Below, piece after piece: positions 1-8,554 of a DNA stretch of 13,947 nucleotides. The notes under the pieces were generated by a model. The model was not told the origin of the DNA. It saw only the letters and a list, made by a program, of their open reading frames with translations, and made no database searches. Source of the stretch: a virus. Taxonomy: Duplodnaviria; Heunggongvirae; Uroviricota; Caudoviricetes. The stretch is from the IMG/VR virus record IMGVR_UViG_641522650_000013; one strand, 5' to 3'. Both the position numbers and the translations under genes were made by a program. Position 1 is the stretch's first letter, and the number at the start of each line of letters is the position of its first letter.

Positions 1-1320
1 ATGAGGTTTGGGTACATTGCTTTGGGTACACCCCCTATTCAAAGTTTGGATATTCGCAAAATGCCAAAACTAACAGACATGCAGATCCGCGCATGGATTA
101 AGAGCGGAGAGCGATTCGAGGGGCGGGCAGACGGTAACGGTTTATACCTACGTTACCGTGAAGCCGACAAAACCCCCACATGGAGATTCCGCTATAAACT
201 CGCAGGGAAGTCCCGCGCCATGCTAATTGGTTCGTATAGCGAGCTATCACTATCAAAGGCCAGAGAGACAGCCAAAGAGCTATCGGCTCGCGTTGCGCTG
301 GGCTATGACGTTGCAGGAGAGAAGCAGAAGCACAAAACCGAAGCACTGGCGAAGATGGAAGCAGAGAAGAACGCTATGCGCGTTTCAGAGCTTGCCGCTG
401 AATACTTTGAGCGTCAGATCCTCCCGCGCTGGAAGCACCCCGATATACTCCGCCGCCGTATCGACAAAGATATAAACCCCTGCATTGGCAGCATGAAGGT
501 AGAGGACGTGAAACCGCGCCATATCGATGACATGCTGAAAGGTATTGTTGACCGTGGAGCGCCGACCATAGCAACGGACGTGCTGAGATGGACGCGCCGC
601 ATATTCGACTACGGAATCAAACGGCACGCGCTAGAGATTAACCCCTGTTCAGCCTTTGAGGTGGCAGACGCCGGAGGGAAAGAAGCTGCCCGTGACCGCT
701 GGTTAACCCGCGATGAGTTAATCCAGCTATTCAAAGCCATGCGCACGGCTAAGGGATTCAGTCGCCAGAACGAAATCACGTTCAAATTACTGTTAGCGTT
801 ATGCGTCCGCAAAATGGAATTATGCGCCGCACGATGGGAAGAGTTTGATTTAGATGGTGCGGTATGGCATTTGCCGGAAGAACGCAGCAAAAACGGAGAC
901 CCTATTGATATACCTCTACCTTCCCCAGCCGTTGAATGGTTGAGAGAGCTACACACCTTTTCATGTAATAGCGCATGGGTGCTTCCGGCCAGGAAGATGC
1001 AAAACAGAATGATCCCACATATTCAGGAAAGCACTTTACCCGTAGCACTGGCTAAGGTTCGCGCCGAAATGCCGGATGTGCCTAATTTCACGATTCACGA
1101 CTTTCGACGCACCGCACGTACTCATTTAGCAGCGTTGGGTGTTGATCCTGTTGTGGCGGAACGATGCCTCAATCATCGCATTAAGGGCGTAGAGGGGATT
1201 TATAACCGCCATCAGTATTTTGATGAGCGTAAAGCAGCACTGGCACAGTGGGCTGATCTGCTAGTGGCACTGGAAAGCGGAAAAGACTACAACGTAACGC
1301 CTCTCAGAAGGGCGAACTAA
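1..1320 (+). CDS. int: P4-type tyrosine integrase (site-specific recombinase)
   Basis: 439-aa ORF open from the window edge. N-terminal region from Met at 61 (MPKLTDMQIRAW...GNGLYLRY...WRFRYK) has the typical P4/CP4-57 integrase arm-binding pattern; C-terminal catalytic region carries HDFRRT (HxxR) and GIYNRHQY (Tyr). Biological start is probably ATG 61; 1-60 may be a 5' extension. Confidence 0.9.
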   Translation: MRFGYIALGTPPIQSLDIRKMPKLTDMQIRAWIKSGERFEGRADGNGLYLRYREADKTPTWRFRYKLAGKSRAMLIGSYSELSLSKARETAKELSARVALGYDVAGEKQKHKTEALAKMEAEKNAMRVSELAAEYFERQILPRWKHPDILRRRIDKDINPCIGSMKVEDVKPRHIDDMLKGIVDRGAPTIATDVLRWTRRIFDYGIKRHALEINPCSAFEVADAGGKEAARDRWLTRDELIQLFKAMRTAKGFSRQNEITFKLLLALCVRKMELCAARWEEFDLDGAVWHLPEERSKNGDPIDIPLPSPAVEWLRELHTFSCNSAWVLPARKMQNRMIPHIQESTLPVALAKVRAEMPDVPNFTIHDFRRTARTHLAALGVDPVVAERCLNHRIKGVEGIYNRHQYFDERKAALAQWADLLVALESGKDYNVTPLRRAN

Positions 1321-1701
1321 CTGAATAGATTGAGCCTAGCTCGACGGGGCGAAAAGCGGGAAGCCTTACCGCCTGGCTCAATCACAAAATAAGGCGCAGC
1401 GTAAAAGGTGACGCAATGAAAAAATTACCACCCGCCCCTTTTTTCAGGCTTAACAGAGCAGCCGAATTATTAGAAATAGATATTGATGATCTTTTGATTA
1501 TGGCGGCGGCAGAATCTATATATTTGAGCGCGTACCTTTGCGGCTACGACGGCACATTACATAGCATCGCGAGTCTTTACCGCAATTGCTCTTTATTCCC
1601 AGACGTCAAAGAAGACTGCTTATTACTTGCCGACATAATCACTGAAGTAGAGGACGAAAAAAGCTTTAAGGCAGGCGTTGTAAATCATATAGATTGCCAT
1701 G

Positions 1702-1710
1702 TGCTTGGGC
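1702..1710. repeat. IS1 target-site duplication, left copy (TGCTTGGGC)
   Basis: Identical 9-mer immediately flanks both IS1 ends. Confidence 0.9.
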
Positions 1711-1725
1711 GGTAATGACTCCAAC

Positions 1726-2229
1726 TTACTGATAGTGTTTTATGTTCAGATAATGCCCGATGACCTTGTCATGCAGCTCCACCGATTTTGAGAACGACAG
1801 TGACTTCCGTCCCAGCCTTGCCAGATGTTGTCTCAGATTCAGATTATGTCGCTCAATGCGCTGAGTGTAACGCTTGCTGATAACGTGCAGCTTTCCCTTC
1901 AGGCGTGATTCATACAGCGGCCAGCCATCCGTCATCCATACCACGACCTCAAAGGCCGACAGCAGGCTCAGAAGACGCTCCAGTGTGGCCAGAGTGCGTT
2001 CACCGAAGACGTGCGCCACAACCGTCCTCCGTATCCTGTCATACGCGTAAAACAGCCAGCGCTGACGTGATTTAGCACCGACGTAGCCCCACTGTTCGTC
2101 CATTTCAGCGCAGACAATCACATCACTGCCCGGTTGTATGCGCGAGGTTACCGACTGCGGCCTGAGTTTTTTAAGTGACGTAAAACCGTGTTGAGGCCAA
2201 CGCCCATAATGCGTGCACTGGCGCGACAT
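1726..2229 (-). CDS. insB: IS1 InsB transposase (normally expressed as InsAB' by -1 frameshift)
   Basis: 167-aa product ...[56 protein letters not shown]... matches IS1 InsB. Confidence 0.95.
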   Translation of the reverse strand: MSRQCTHYGRWPQHGFTSLKKLRPQSVTSRIQPGSDVIVCAEMDEQWGYVGAKSRQRWLFYAYDRIRRTVVAHVFGERTLATLERLLSLLSAFEVVVWMTDGWPLYESRLKGKLHVISKRYTQRIERHNLNLRQHLARLGRKSLSFSKSVELHDKVIGHYLNIKHYQ

Positions 2230-2423
2230 CCGACGCCATTCATGGCCATATCAATGATTTTCTGGTGCGTACCGGGCTGAGAGGCGGTGTAAGTGAACTG
2301 TAGTTGCCATGTTTTACGGCAATGAGAGCAGAGATAGCGCTGATGTCCGGCAGTGCTTTTGCCGTTACGCACCACGCCTTCAGTAGCGGAGCAGGAAGGA
2401 CATCTGATGGAAATGGAAGCCAC
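2148..2423 (-). CDS. insA: IS1 InsA
   Basis: 91-aa product [40 protein letters not shown]... matches IS1 InsA including the zinc-finger cysteines. Confidence 0.95.
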   Translation of the reverse strand: MASISIRCPSCSATEGVVRNGKSTAGHQRYLCSHCRKTWQLQFTYTASQPGTHQKIIDMAMNGVGCRASARIMGVGLNTVLRHLKNSGRSR

Positions 2424-2478
2424 GCAAGCACCTTAAAATCACCATCATACACTAAATCAGTAAGTTGGCAGCATTACC

Positions 2479-2487
2479 TGCTTGGGC
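2479..2487. repeat. IS1 target-site duplication, right copy (TGCTTGGGC)
   Basis: Identical to 1702-1710. Confidence 0.9.
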
Positions 2488-3042
2488 TATGGCATGTTAA
2501 CGCCTCCTATATACTCGACATCGCAGGGCTTGATTCTATTGACACTCCCGCACGCATATTCAGCCCCGCACACAGAAAAAGAGAACTAGACGTAAGTGCG
2601 AATTATTATTTTTTTCTCGATTATACAAAACATGCCTTCCACGAAATATCCGTAGAGGATTTGTACATAACAAGGCCGTGGGTTGAATATATCGGCGAAT
2701 GCATGGACAAAAACCAGCCCATATACAGCCCCGAAACTCGCATAAACTTACAAGCTCTTTATGAGGATGTTAAAAACGTTGAGCACGGAAACAGAGAGCG
2801 CCACAGGCAAAAGCGCGAAATTTGCCTCTTGGCGTTGATTTATGTGAAGCGGCACTACCCAGAAGAGTGTAAAGGGAAGAACGGGAAGGAAACCAACGAA
2901 GCATGGGCGAACGCCACAATAAACCACTGGGCGCTTTTGGGGGGCGGCTATGATGAGCCATCCATAGATTACCTGAAGAAACTCATAGCCGACGCAGACA
3001 GAACACCGGAAGAACGCACCACGGCAGGGAAAAAAAGGTGAT

Positions 3043-3072
3043 AGTAAATTTTACTATCACGATAGTAAAAAA
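3043..3072. promoter_or_regulatory. Candidate operator: perfect 9-bp inverted repeat GATAGTAAA-t-TTTACTATC followed by a third direct copy of GATAGTAAA
   Basis: Read directly: GATAGTAAA at 3043-3051, its reverse complement at 3053-3061, another GATAGTAAA at 3064-3072, in the intergenic region upstream of alpA. Confidence 0.35.
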
Positions 3073-3153
3073 TACGATCATTCCTTTTTGAGCGTGCACG
3101 CCATTAAATCCCCGTAACGAAGCAACAACTATCGCTAAGAGGTTACGGGAATC

Positions 3154-3357
3154 ATGAACATCGACACTATCCCTACAAAAGGCTATATCAGACGCTTCCG
3201 CCTGGCTGAATTGCTGGGCGTTAGTGTATCCACCATCGACCGTAAAGTAAGAAACGGTTCACTACCACGTCCGGTAAAGCTGGGAGAAAAAATAACTGCG
3301 TTTGATGCGGTTGAGATTCACAACTGGCTGGCAGAACGCCGCGGGAAGGTGGCCTGA
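3154..3357 (+). CDS. alpA: AlpA-family helix-turn-helix transcriptional regulator
   Basis: 67-aa ORF; the motif LAELLGVSVSTIDRKVRNGSLPRPVKLG...FDAVEIHNWL is the typical AlpA/prophage CP4-57 regulator pattern. SD AAGAGG upstream; stop overlaps the next start (TGATG). Confidence 0.8.
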   Translation: MNIDTIPTKGYIRRFRLAELLGVSVSTIDRKVRNGSLPRPVKLGEKITAFDAVEIHNWLAERRGKVA

Positions 3358-3788
3358 TGGAAAAGAAAAACCGCCCATTACAGGCGGCTAATTCAGATAT
3401 TCGCGTATCTGATGTTACGCCCCTTACAAAATCCCTTCAAGCACCAAAGCGCACACCGAAAAAGCATCGTGCCAGAGTCTATATGCTGCGTACTGGTATA
3501 GAGGGATGGACAGAAAATGACATTCTGCGTTATTGCCGCCTTTCGTCTGGAAGGAACTACGCCAGCGAGTTAGAGCGCAGGCTTGATATTCAGCTTGAGC
3601 GTATAGACGAAAAGAACCCCGACGGGATAGGGCCACATTTACGCTATCGCTTTACCGGGCGCGGTGACGTTCTAAAAGTTATTCGGCTTGTGAACCATAA
3701 CGCCGACGCTGGCGGCTATCAGGGACTTTCTCAGCCTGAAATTGCCGACATTCTCAATCTATACCCGGACAATCTCACCGCCGCATAA
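3357..3788 (+). CDS. Hypothetical protein, 143 aa, translationally coupled to alpA
   Basis: ORF with start overlapping the alpA stop; basic N-terminus; no family recognised. Confidence 0.6.
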   Translation: MEKKNRPLQAANSDIRVSDVTPLTKSLQAPKRTPKKHRARVYMLRTGIEGWTENDILRYCRLSSGRNYASELERRLDIQLERIDEKNPDGIGPHLRYRFTGRGDVLKVIRLVNHNADAGGYQGLSQPEIADILNLYPDNLTAA

Positions 3789-3801
3789 CGGAGCCGAAAA
3801 T

Positions 3802-4419
3802 ATGACTATCGAAAAAAGCCGATTCAGTTCGGGGGCCGCCCCGCAACCCAACGTTAACACGGGAGTAATTAACGGCAACGACTTTGCCGCTATTGTTCCC
3901 GTTATTGCCGGACGCATTGGCGGGCGTGAAGCCAATATTGTGAGCGCTAAGGCGTTGCATAAAGCGCTGGGGGTGGGCCGCGACTTTACTAACTGGATTA
4001 AAGGCCGAATTGACCAGTACGGTTTTATTGCCGGAACCGATTTTATCCGTGTTGAAAATTTGAGCACGCCAAAACGGGCGAGCGCAAAAACTCGCCAGCA
4101 AATAGAGCATGATTACCTGCTATCGCTGGATATGGCTAAAGAAGTGGCAATGGTTGAACGCAACGAGCAGGGCCGCGCTATCCGCCGTTATTTCATCCAG
4201 TGCGAGGAAGAATTACAGCGTAGCGTGCCTGAAATCGCCGCCCGCTATCGTCGCCAGCTAAAAGCCCGTCTCAGTGCCGCAAACAACTTTAAGCCAATGT
4301 GCGATGCGCTGAATATGGCCCGTGCCGAGATGGGCAAAACGACGCAGCAGCGCCACTACAGCAACGAGAGCAACATGATCGCCCGTATCGTGCTGGGTGG
4401 CATGACGGCGAAGCAGTGA
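3802..4419 (+). CDS. Phage antirepressor, AntA-domain protein
   Basis: Start ATG 3802 preceded by GGAG; contains KALHKALGVGRDFTNWIKGRIDQYGFIAGTDF and LSLDMAKEVAMVERNEQGRAIRRYFIQCEE, typical AntA/antirepressor motifs. The ORF-track start at 3742 overlaps the previous gene and is less likely. Confidence 0.75.
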   Translation: MTIEKSRFSSGAAPQPNVNTGVINGNDFAAIVPVIAGRIGGREANIVSAKALHKALGVGRDFTNWIKGRIDQYGFIAGTDFIRVENLSTPKRASAKTRQQIEHDYLLSLDMAKEVAMVERNEQGRAIRRYFIQCEEELQRSVPEIAARYRRQLKARLSAANNFKPMCDALNMARAEMGKTTQQRHYSNESNMIARIVLGGMTAKQ

Positions 4420-4458
4420 GCGCAGGCAAATGGCATTACTGGCGAACCACGGGACAGC

Positions 4459-4611
4459 ATGAACGCAGCACAGCTTGAACACCTCGCCTATCTCGAAAGC
4501 ACCAATATCACGTTAATTGATATGGGCATGGAATATGAGCAGCGCAAAGGAGAACTCACCCGCCTGTCGCAACGCTGGCTCGCTAAACGTCTGGAGGTAA
4601 ACCATGCGTAA
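4459..4611 (+). CDS. Possible small ORF (50 aa)
   Basis: ATG-initiated ORF not in the track (under 60 aa); its stop overlaps the start of the next ORF (ATGCGTAA). Weak SD. Confidence 0.3.
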   Translation: MNAAQLEHLAYLESTNITLIDMGMEYEQRKGELTRLSQRWLAKRLEVNHA

Positions 4612-4786
4612 CCACAATCCGATGCCGGGAAGCCGTTACAAGGATTCGCACGGGGCTGTAGTGACCGTTGAGCGCGTCGAGCATAACCGAGTGACCTTTT
4701 ACCGCGAGGGCTATCAGTCGCCATGTGTTCAGCCTTTGGAGAGATTCGTTAATGAGTTCGTGGAGGTGCGCCGTGATACTGAATGA
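4604..4786 (+). CDS. Small hypothetical protein (60 aa)
   Basis: GGAGG 6 nt upstream of ATG 4604; product MRNHNPMPGSRYKDSHGAVVTVERVEHNRVTFYREGYQSPCVQP... resembles short conserved prophage proteins, family not confirmed. Confidence 0.5.
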   Translation: MRNHNPMPGSRYKDSHGAVVTVERVEHNRVTFYREGYQSPCVQPLERFVNEFVEVRRDTE

Positions 4787-5073
4787 ACCTGCCGCCCAGA
4801 AAGAAGCCTTTAATCTGGCTGGCCTGTTAACAAATGTTAACCCTTACAACCTTATAAAACCTGATATTGATACCGCAGCGCCCGGAGTTCCGTTACCAGT
4901 ACGCGAGGCGCTTACCCTCAACAAAAAGATGGTGAGCCGTGCACAGGAAAAACTCTTAAAGGGTTACGGTTTTATCTGGTATGACCACCTAGCAGAGAAA
5001 AGCTGTTATAGTTCAAGCGTTGCTGCAAAATCAGCAACCGGGCGTGGAAACCCGAACACACTCAGGGCGACAC

Positions 5074-5096
5074 AGACGCCGAAAGCGTCTTTTTTT
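5074..5096 (+). terminator. Rho-independent terminator (6-bp GC-rich stem AGACGC/GCGTCT, loop CGAAA, then T6)
   Basis: Read directly from the sequence; lies inside the apparent ORF 4725-5561, arguing that ORF is not one real gene. Confidence 0.55.
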
Positions 5097-5146
5097 GTGT
5101 CCGATCACTACGCACATCAAATCAGCGGCCTAGTCCGTACTGTATC

Positions 5147-5229
5147 AATGGTGGCGTTAGTGGGGCTACGTTCGCGTAGGCCGGTTTCCTTTGTGTCCGG
5201 TATTTCCACCCCTGCTAACGTCACCGCCA
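5147..5229 (+). ncRNA. Candidate structured antisense RNA (P1 C4 / P4 CI-like) upstream of the icd-like gene
   Basis: Closing stem 5149-5165 with 5206-5227 (about 14 bp, one mismatch, one bulge); inner hairpin CTACG-UUCG-CGTAG (5166-5179); second hairpin CCGG...CCGG (5181-5200) whose loop holds TCCTTTGTGT (5187-5196), perfectly complementary to ACACAAAGGA (5266-5275) across the icd-like SD. Boundaries approximate. Confidence 0.4.
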
Positions 5230-5285
5230 TTTCAGAGCGTGGAAACTCAGGCGGTGACTCCTTAAACACAAAGGAGGCTGCCGCT

Positions 5286-5541
5286 ATGCTGGCTACTACC
5301 CCTACCCAAAAACCGCAATTTATCTGGATTATCGCCGCAGTTCGCCGCGATTGCCCGACAATTACCGCCAAAATTCATCATATTGCTGCCGAGTCTGAAC
5401 GCGATGCTCGCCGTTCTCTGGTGCGCGATCACGTCTGCTTTTTTGCTGGTCGTATCCGCATGGAGGTGGTGAAGTGGCACACTGAATTTGGCCACCTGAA
5501 CAGAGGTGATATGCTCACCTCAGAACAACACAGGTGCTCCA

Positions 5542-5561
<20 letters not shown>
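5286..5561 (+). CDS. Icd-like (host cell division inhibitor-like) small protein, C-terminus replaced by IS911-derived sequence
   Basis: Strong SD AAGGAGG 8 nt upstream of ATG 5286; product [57 protein letters not shown]... resembles Icd-like proteins as I recall them. IS911 begins at 5470, so residues after ...RMEV come from the IS. Reconstructed native end is ...RMEVAHD (61 aa). Confidence 0.55.
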
Positions 5562-6710
<1,149 letters not shown>

Positions 6711-6725
6711 CCACTTCAGTGGCAC

Positions 6726-6944
6726 ATGATTAAAACCTACGATGTGCATATGGATCCCCTCGAACGCACAAGCCAGATCATCACACTGACAGAAGTGATT
6801 AATGACATTCTGGTGAGCAACTCTCCCTCACGAGACGAAAAACTGAAGGCGTTACTCGCGATATTGGATCTCGCCGTTCGTGACGTTCATTTCCTGCTGG
6901 AAGGTGGCGAAATGTCAGGAAAACGGGGGGCAACCAATGAATAA
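6726..6944 (+). CDS. Small hypothetical protein (72 aa), first gene of a coupled small-ORF operon
   Basis: ATG 6726 lies 7 bp after the IS911 end; its reconstructed native SD (GGAGG) is now on the other side of IS911. Stop overlaps the next start (ATGAATAA). Confidence 0.5.
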   Translation: MIKTYDVHMDPLERTSQIITLTEVINDILVSNSPSRDEKLKALLAILDLAVRDVHFLLEGGEMSGKRGATNE

Positions 6945-7131
6945 CTCAATTAATACCCCTCGCCTTACGTCCGCACTTCAATTAATCGAGCAAACAGCGG
7001 CTGTCCTGGTTGCTGTCAGTCTTTCGGCTGAAGAAATGGACGCTGCTGATGTCGTGGATGCGATTAAAGCGTGCTCATCTTTGGTTAACGATGCCCGTGC
7101 AGAGCTGGTAATTCTTGGGGGTGAAAAATGA
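6937..7131 (+). CDS. Small hypothetical protein (64 aa)
   Basis: Start overlaps the upstream stop; stop overlaps the next start (ATGA). The track's upstream start at 6880 is less likely. Confidence 0.5.
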   Translation: MNNSINTPRLTSALQLIEQTAAVLVAVSLSAEEMDAADVVDAIKACSSLVNDARAELVILGGEK

Positions 7132-7391
7132 ATATCAACTTAATTTATCGTCATCCGTGTGAGCTGGAAATTGAATCATTGCTGGGGCGCGAAGAGCCAT
7201 ATCCAGACACATTCACTCCCGCAGATTGCGCGACTGAACGGCTTACCAGAGCGCGCACAGGTCTGGTTCATGTGATGAATGAGATTGTTCCCTCGGTGGG
7301 AGGGGAACAGGCGACAGTAATCAATAGCTGGCTACAAAAAGTTACCTCCCTGATAGATATCAGTTTAATCGATGTGGAGAGTGCGAAATGA
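7128..7391 (+). CDS. Small hypothetical protein (87 aa)
   Basis: SD GGGGGTGA then ATG 7128; ATGA overlaps at both ends. Confidence 0.55.
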   Translation: MNINLIYRHPCELEIESLLGREEPYPDTFTPADCATERLTRARTGLVHVMNEIVPSVGGEQATVINSWLQKVTSLIDISLIDVESAK

Positions 7392-7609
7392 CCAACATCC
7401 AGCTCATTGAAGCGCAATGTCGCATCGAACAGGTTCAGACTGTTTTAGGGTTCTGGCTTGAAGGGGCCAGCCCCAGCAACAGAGACAAGTTAATGATTGG
7501 CGCGGTTATGTCACTGCTCAATGGCGTACCAGAAGCTATTCAGGAAGCTGACGAATTGTTGGGCAAATATGAGTTACAGAATCATTCAGGCGAGGCGAAA
7601 CATGAATAA
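7388..7609 (+). CDS. Small hypothetical protein (73 aa)
   Basis: SD GGAGAG then ATG 7388; stop overlaps the next start (ATGAATAA). Confidence 0.55.
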   Translation: MTNIQLIEAQCRIEQVQTVLGFWLEGASPSNRDKLMIGAVMSLLNGVPEAIQEADELLGKYELQNHSGEAKHE

Positions 7610-8204
7610 TTTCTTAACGTTCCATGCAGAAGCAACGCCTGGCGGCGTAAACATCATGTACCGCAGCAACGATGGCATGACAGAACGCGTTGAGACCGTC
7701 TCATATATTGATGCCGTAAATCGTCTGGATGCCGGGGATTATGACGATAAACCAGATGAAGGCATGTTTATACATCTCGCTATTGCCAGTGGCGGCAACC
7801 AGGGATATTTCGATTACACATCACAGCATCACGTGATTATGTGGCGCTGGCTGATCGCAACAGTATTCATGCTGGAAATGAGAGAGGAAAACGGCACTGT
7901 CAGCATCATTGATGATACTGGCAATCCTTCCGAAGTGGCTGTTTATTCCAACGGCATCGTCGCCATGCCGCTGTATCCAGTAGCAGAGCGCCTCGCTATG
8001 GCAAACAACATTGAGGGCGCGATGATAGAACGTTTTGGCATCGAGTCTGGCACAGAACGCGCCATCATTTTCTACAGAGCCATGATGGATGTGGAACAAG
8101 GAGCACTGACTCCATTTGGTCGTGAAACGCTTGCTGAACTTCACAACAGCTTTATAGCTGAACTGAATGAAAACGGCTGGCCTGAAATGGCGCTGGCGCA
8201 CTGA
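7602..8204 (+). CDS. Hypothetical protein (200 aa)
   Basis: ATG 7602 coupled to the upstream stop; the track's longer version (7497) starts inside the preceding gene. No family recognised. Confidence 0.6.
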   Translation: MNNFLTFHAEATPGGVNIMYRSNDGMTERVETVSYIDAVNRLDAGDYDDKPDEGMFIHLAIASGGNQGYFDYTSQHHVIMWRWLIATVFMLEMREENGTVSIIDDTGNPSEVAVYSNGIVAMPLYPVAERLAMANNIEGAMIERFGIESGTERAIIFYRAMMDVEQGALTPFGRETLAELHNSFIAELNENGWPEMALAH

Positions 8205-8212
8205 GGGGCGAC

Positions 8213-8554
8213 ATGATTACTAAAAATTTCCGACTGAATGCGCTGGCGAATAAGTATGCGGCAGCACTGTATAACCACATTACTTCCACCAGCGGCGGGG
8301 ACTATTTCATGATTGATGCGGACGGCCTCGCCGTCCGTGTGGAAATCGTCAATGGAGTAAAAGGCGTTCGCAGCCTGATTGATAGCTACGCACTGGCAGC
8401 CATGAAAGTGCGCTACCCGCAGTGGGAAATCGTGGGGATCGAGCTTCTTGATCGTTGCGTCACTAAGGACGGATTGACTGACATCGGGCGCGAGATATGG
8501 CAAAGCATGATTAATGATATGGGCGCGACCGTGGCAGGAGGCAACCATGCGTAA
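8213..8554 (+). CDS. Hypothetical protein (113 aa)
   Basis: SD GAGGGG then ATG 8213; stop overlaps the primase start. Confidence 0.6.
   Translation: MITKNFRLNALANKYAAALYNHITSTSGGDYFMIDADGLAVRVEIVNGVKGVRSLIDSYALAAMKVRYPQWEIVGIELLDRCVTKDGLTDIGREIWQSMINDMGATVAGGNHA

Larger units (their letters stand above)
1711..2478 (-). mobile_element. IS1 insertion sequence, complete 768 bp, transposase genes on the minus strand
   Basis: Left terminus GGTAATGACTCCAACTTACTGATAGTG at 1711 and right terminus ...CAGTAAGTTGGCAGCATTACC ending at 2478 match the IS1 inverted repeats as I recall them; encodes InsA and InsB. Confidence 0.95.
1416..3041 (+). pseudogene. Hypothetical ~283-aa cargo gene interrupted by IS1 (5' part 1416-1710, 3' part 2479-3041)
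   Basis: ORF 1416-1715 terminates on a stop supplied by the IS1 end; the downstream frame-0 ORF continues to 3041. IS1 (768 bp) plus the 9-bp duplication is 777 bp, a multiple of 3, so removing them joins the two parts in frame (...CHVLG|LWHVNASYIL...). I do not recognise the protein family. Confidence 0.7.

Noticed and set aside
1-60. First 20 codons of the integrase ORF as the true N-terminus
   Set aside because: Not rejected outright, but the P4-integrase N-terminal pattern begins at Met 61 (MPKLTDMQIRAW); the upstream ATG at 1 may be an extension. No tRNA attachment site is visible because the window starts at this ORF.
609-956. Minus-strand 115-aa ORF inside the integrase gene, and similar antisense ORFs (3424-3636, 3759-4110, 5985-6413, 7821-8548, 13087-13518)
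   Set aside because: All lie antisense to well-supported genes or IS transposase genes, lack start-site signals, and are typical shadow ORFs.
2304-3041. 245-aa ORF apparently starting inside IS1
   Set aside because: Its first ~58 codons are IS1 sequence read on the opposite strand to InsA; the real gene is the IS1-interrupted ORF whose 3' part begins at 2479.
5506-5541. Extended N-terminus for IS911 OrfA starting at 5506, and likewise 12674 for IS2 InsC, 8514 for the primase, 12048 for the peptidase, 7497 for the 200-aa ORF
   Set aside because: Each track ORF begins at an upstream alternative start; the internal ATG preceded by an SD, or matching the known IS protein N-terminus, is the credible start.
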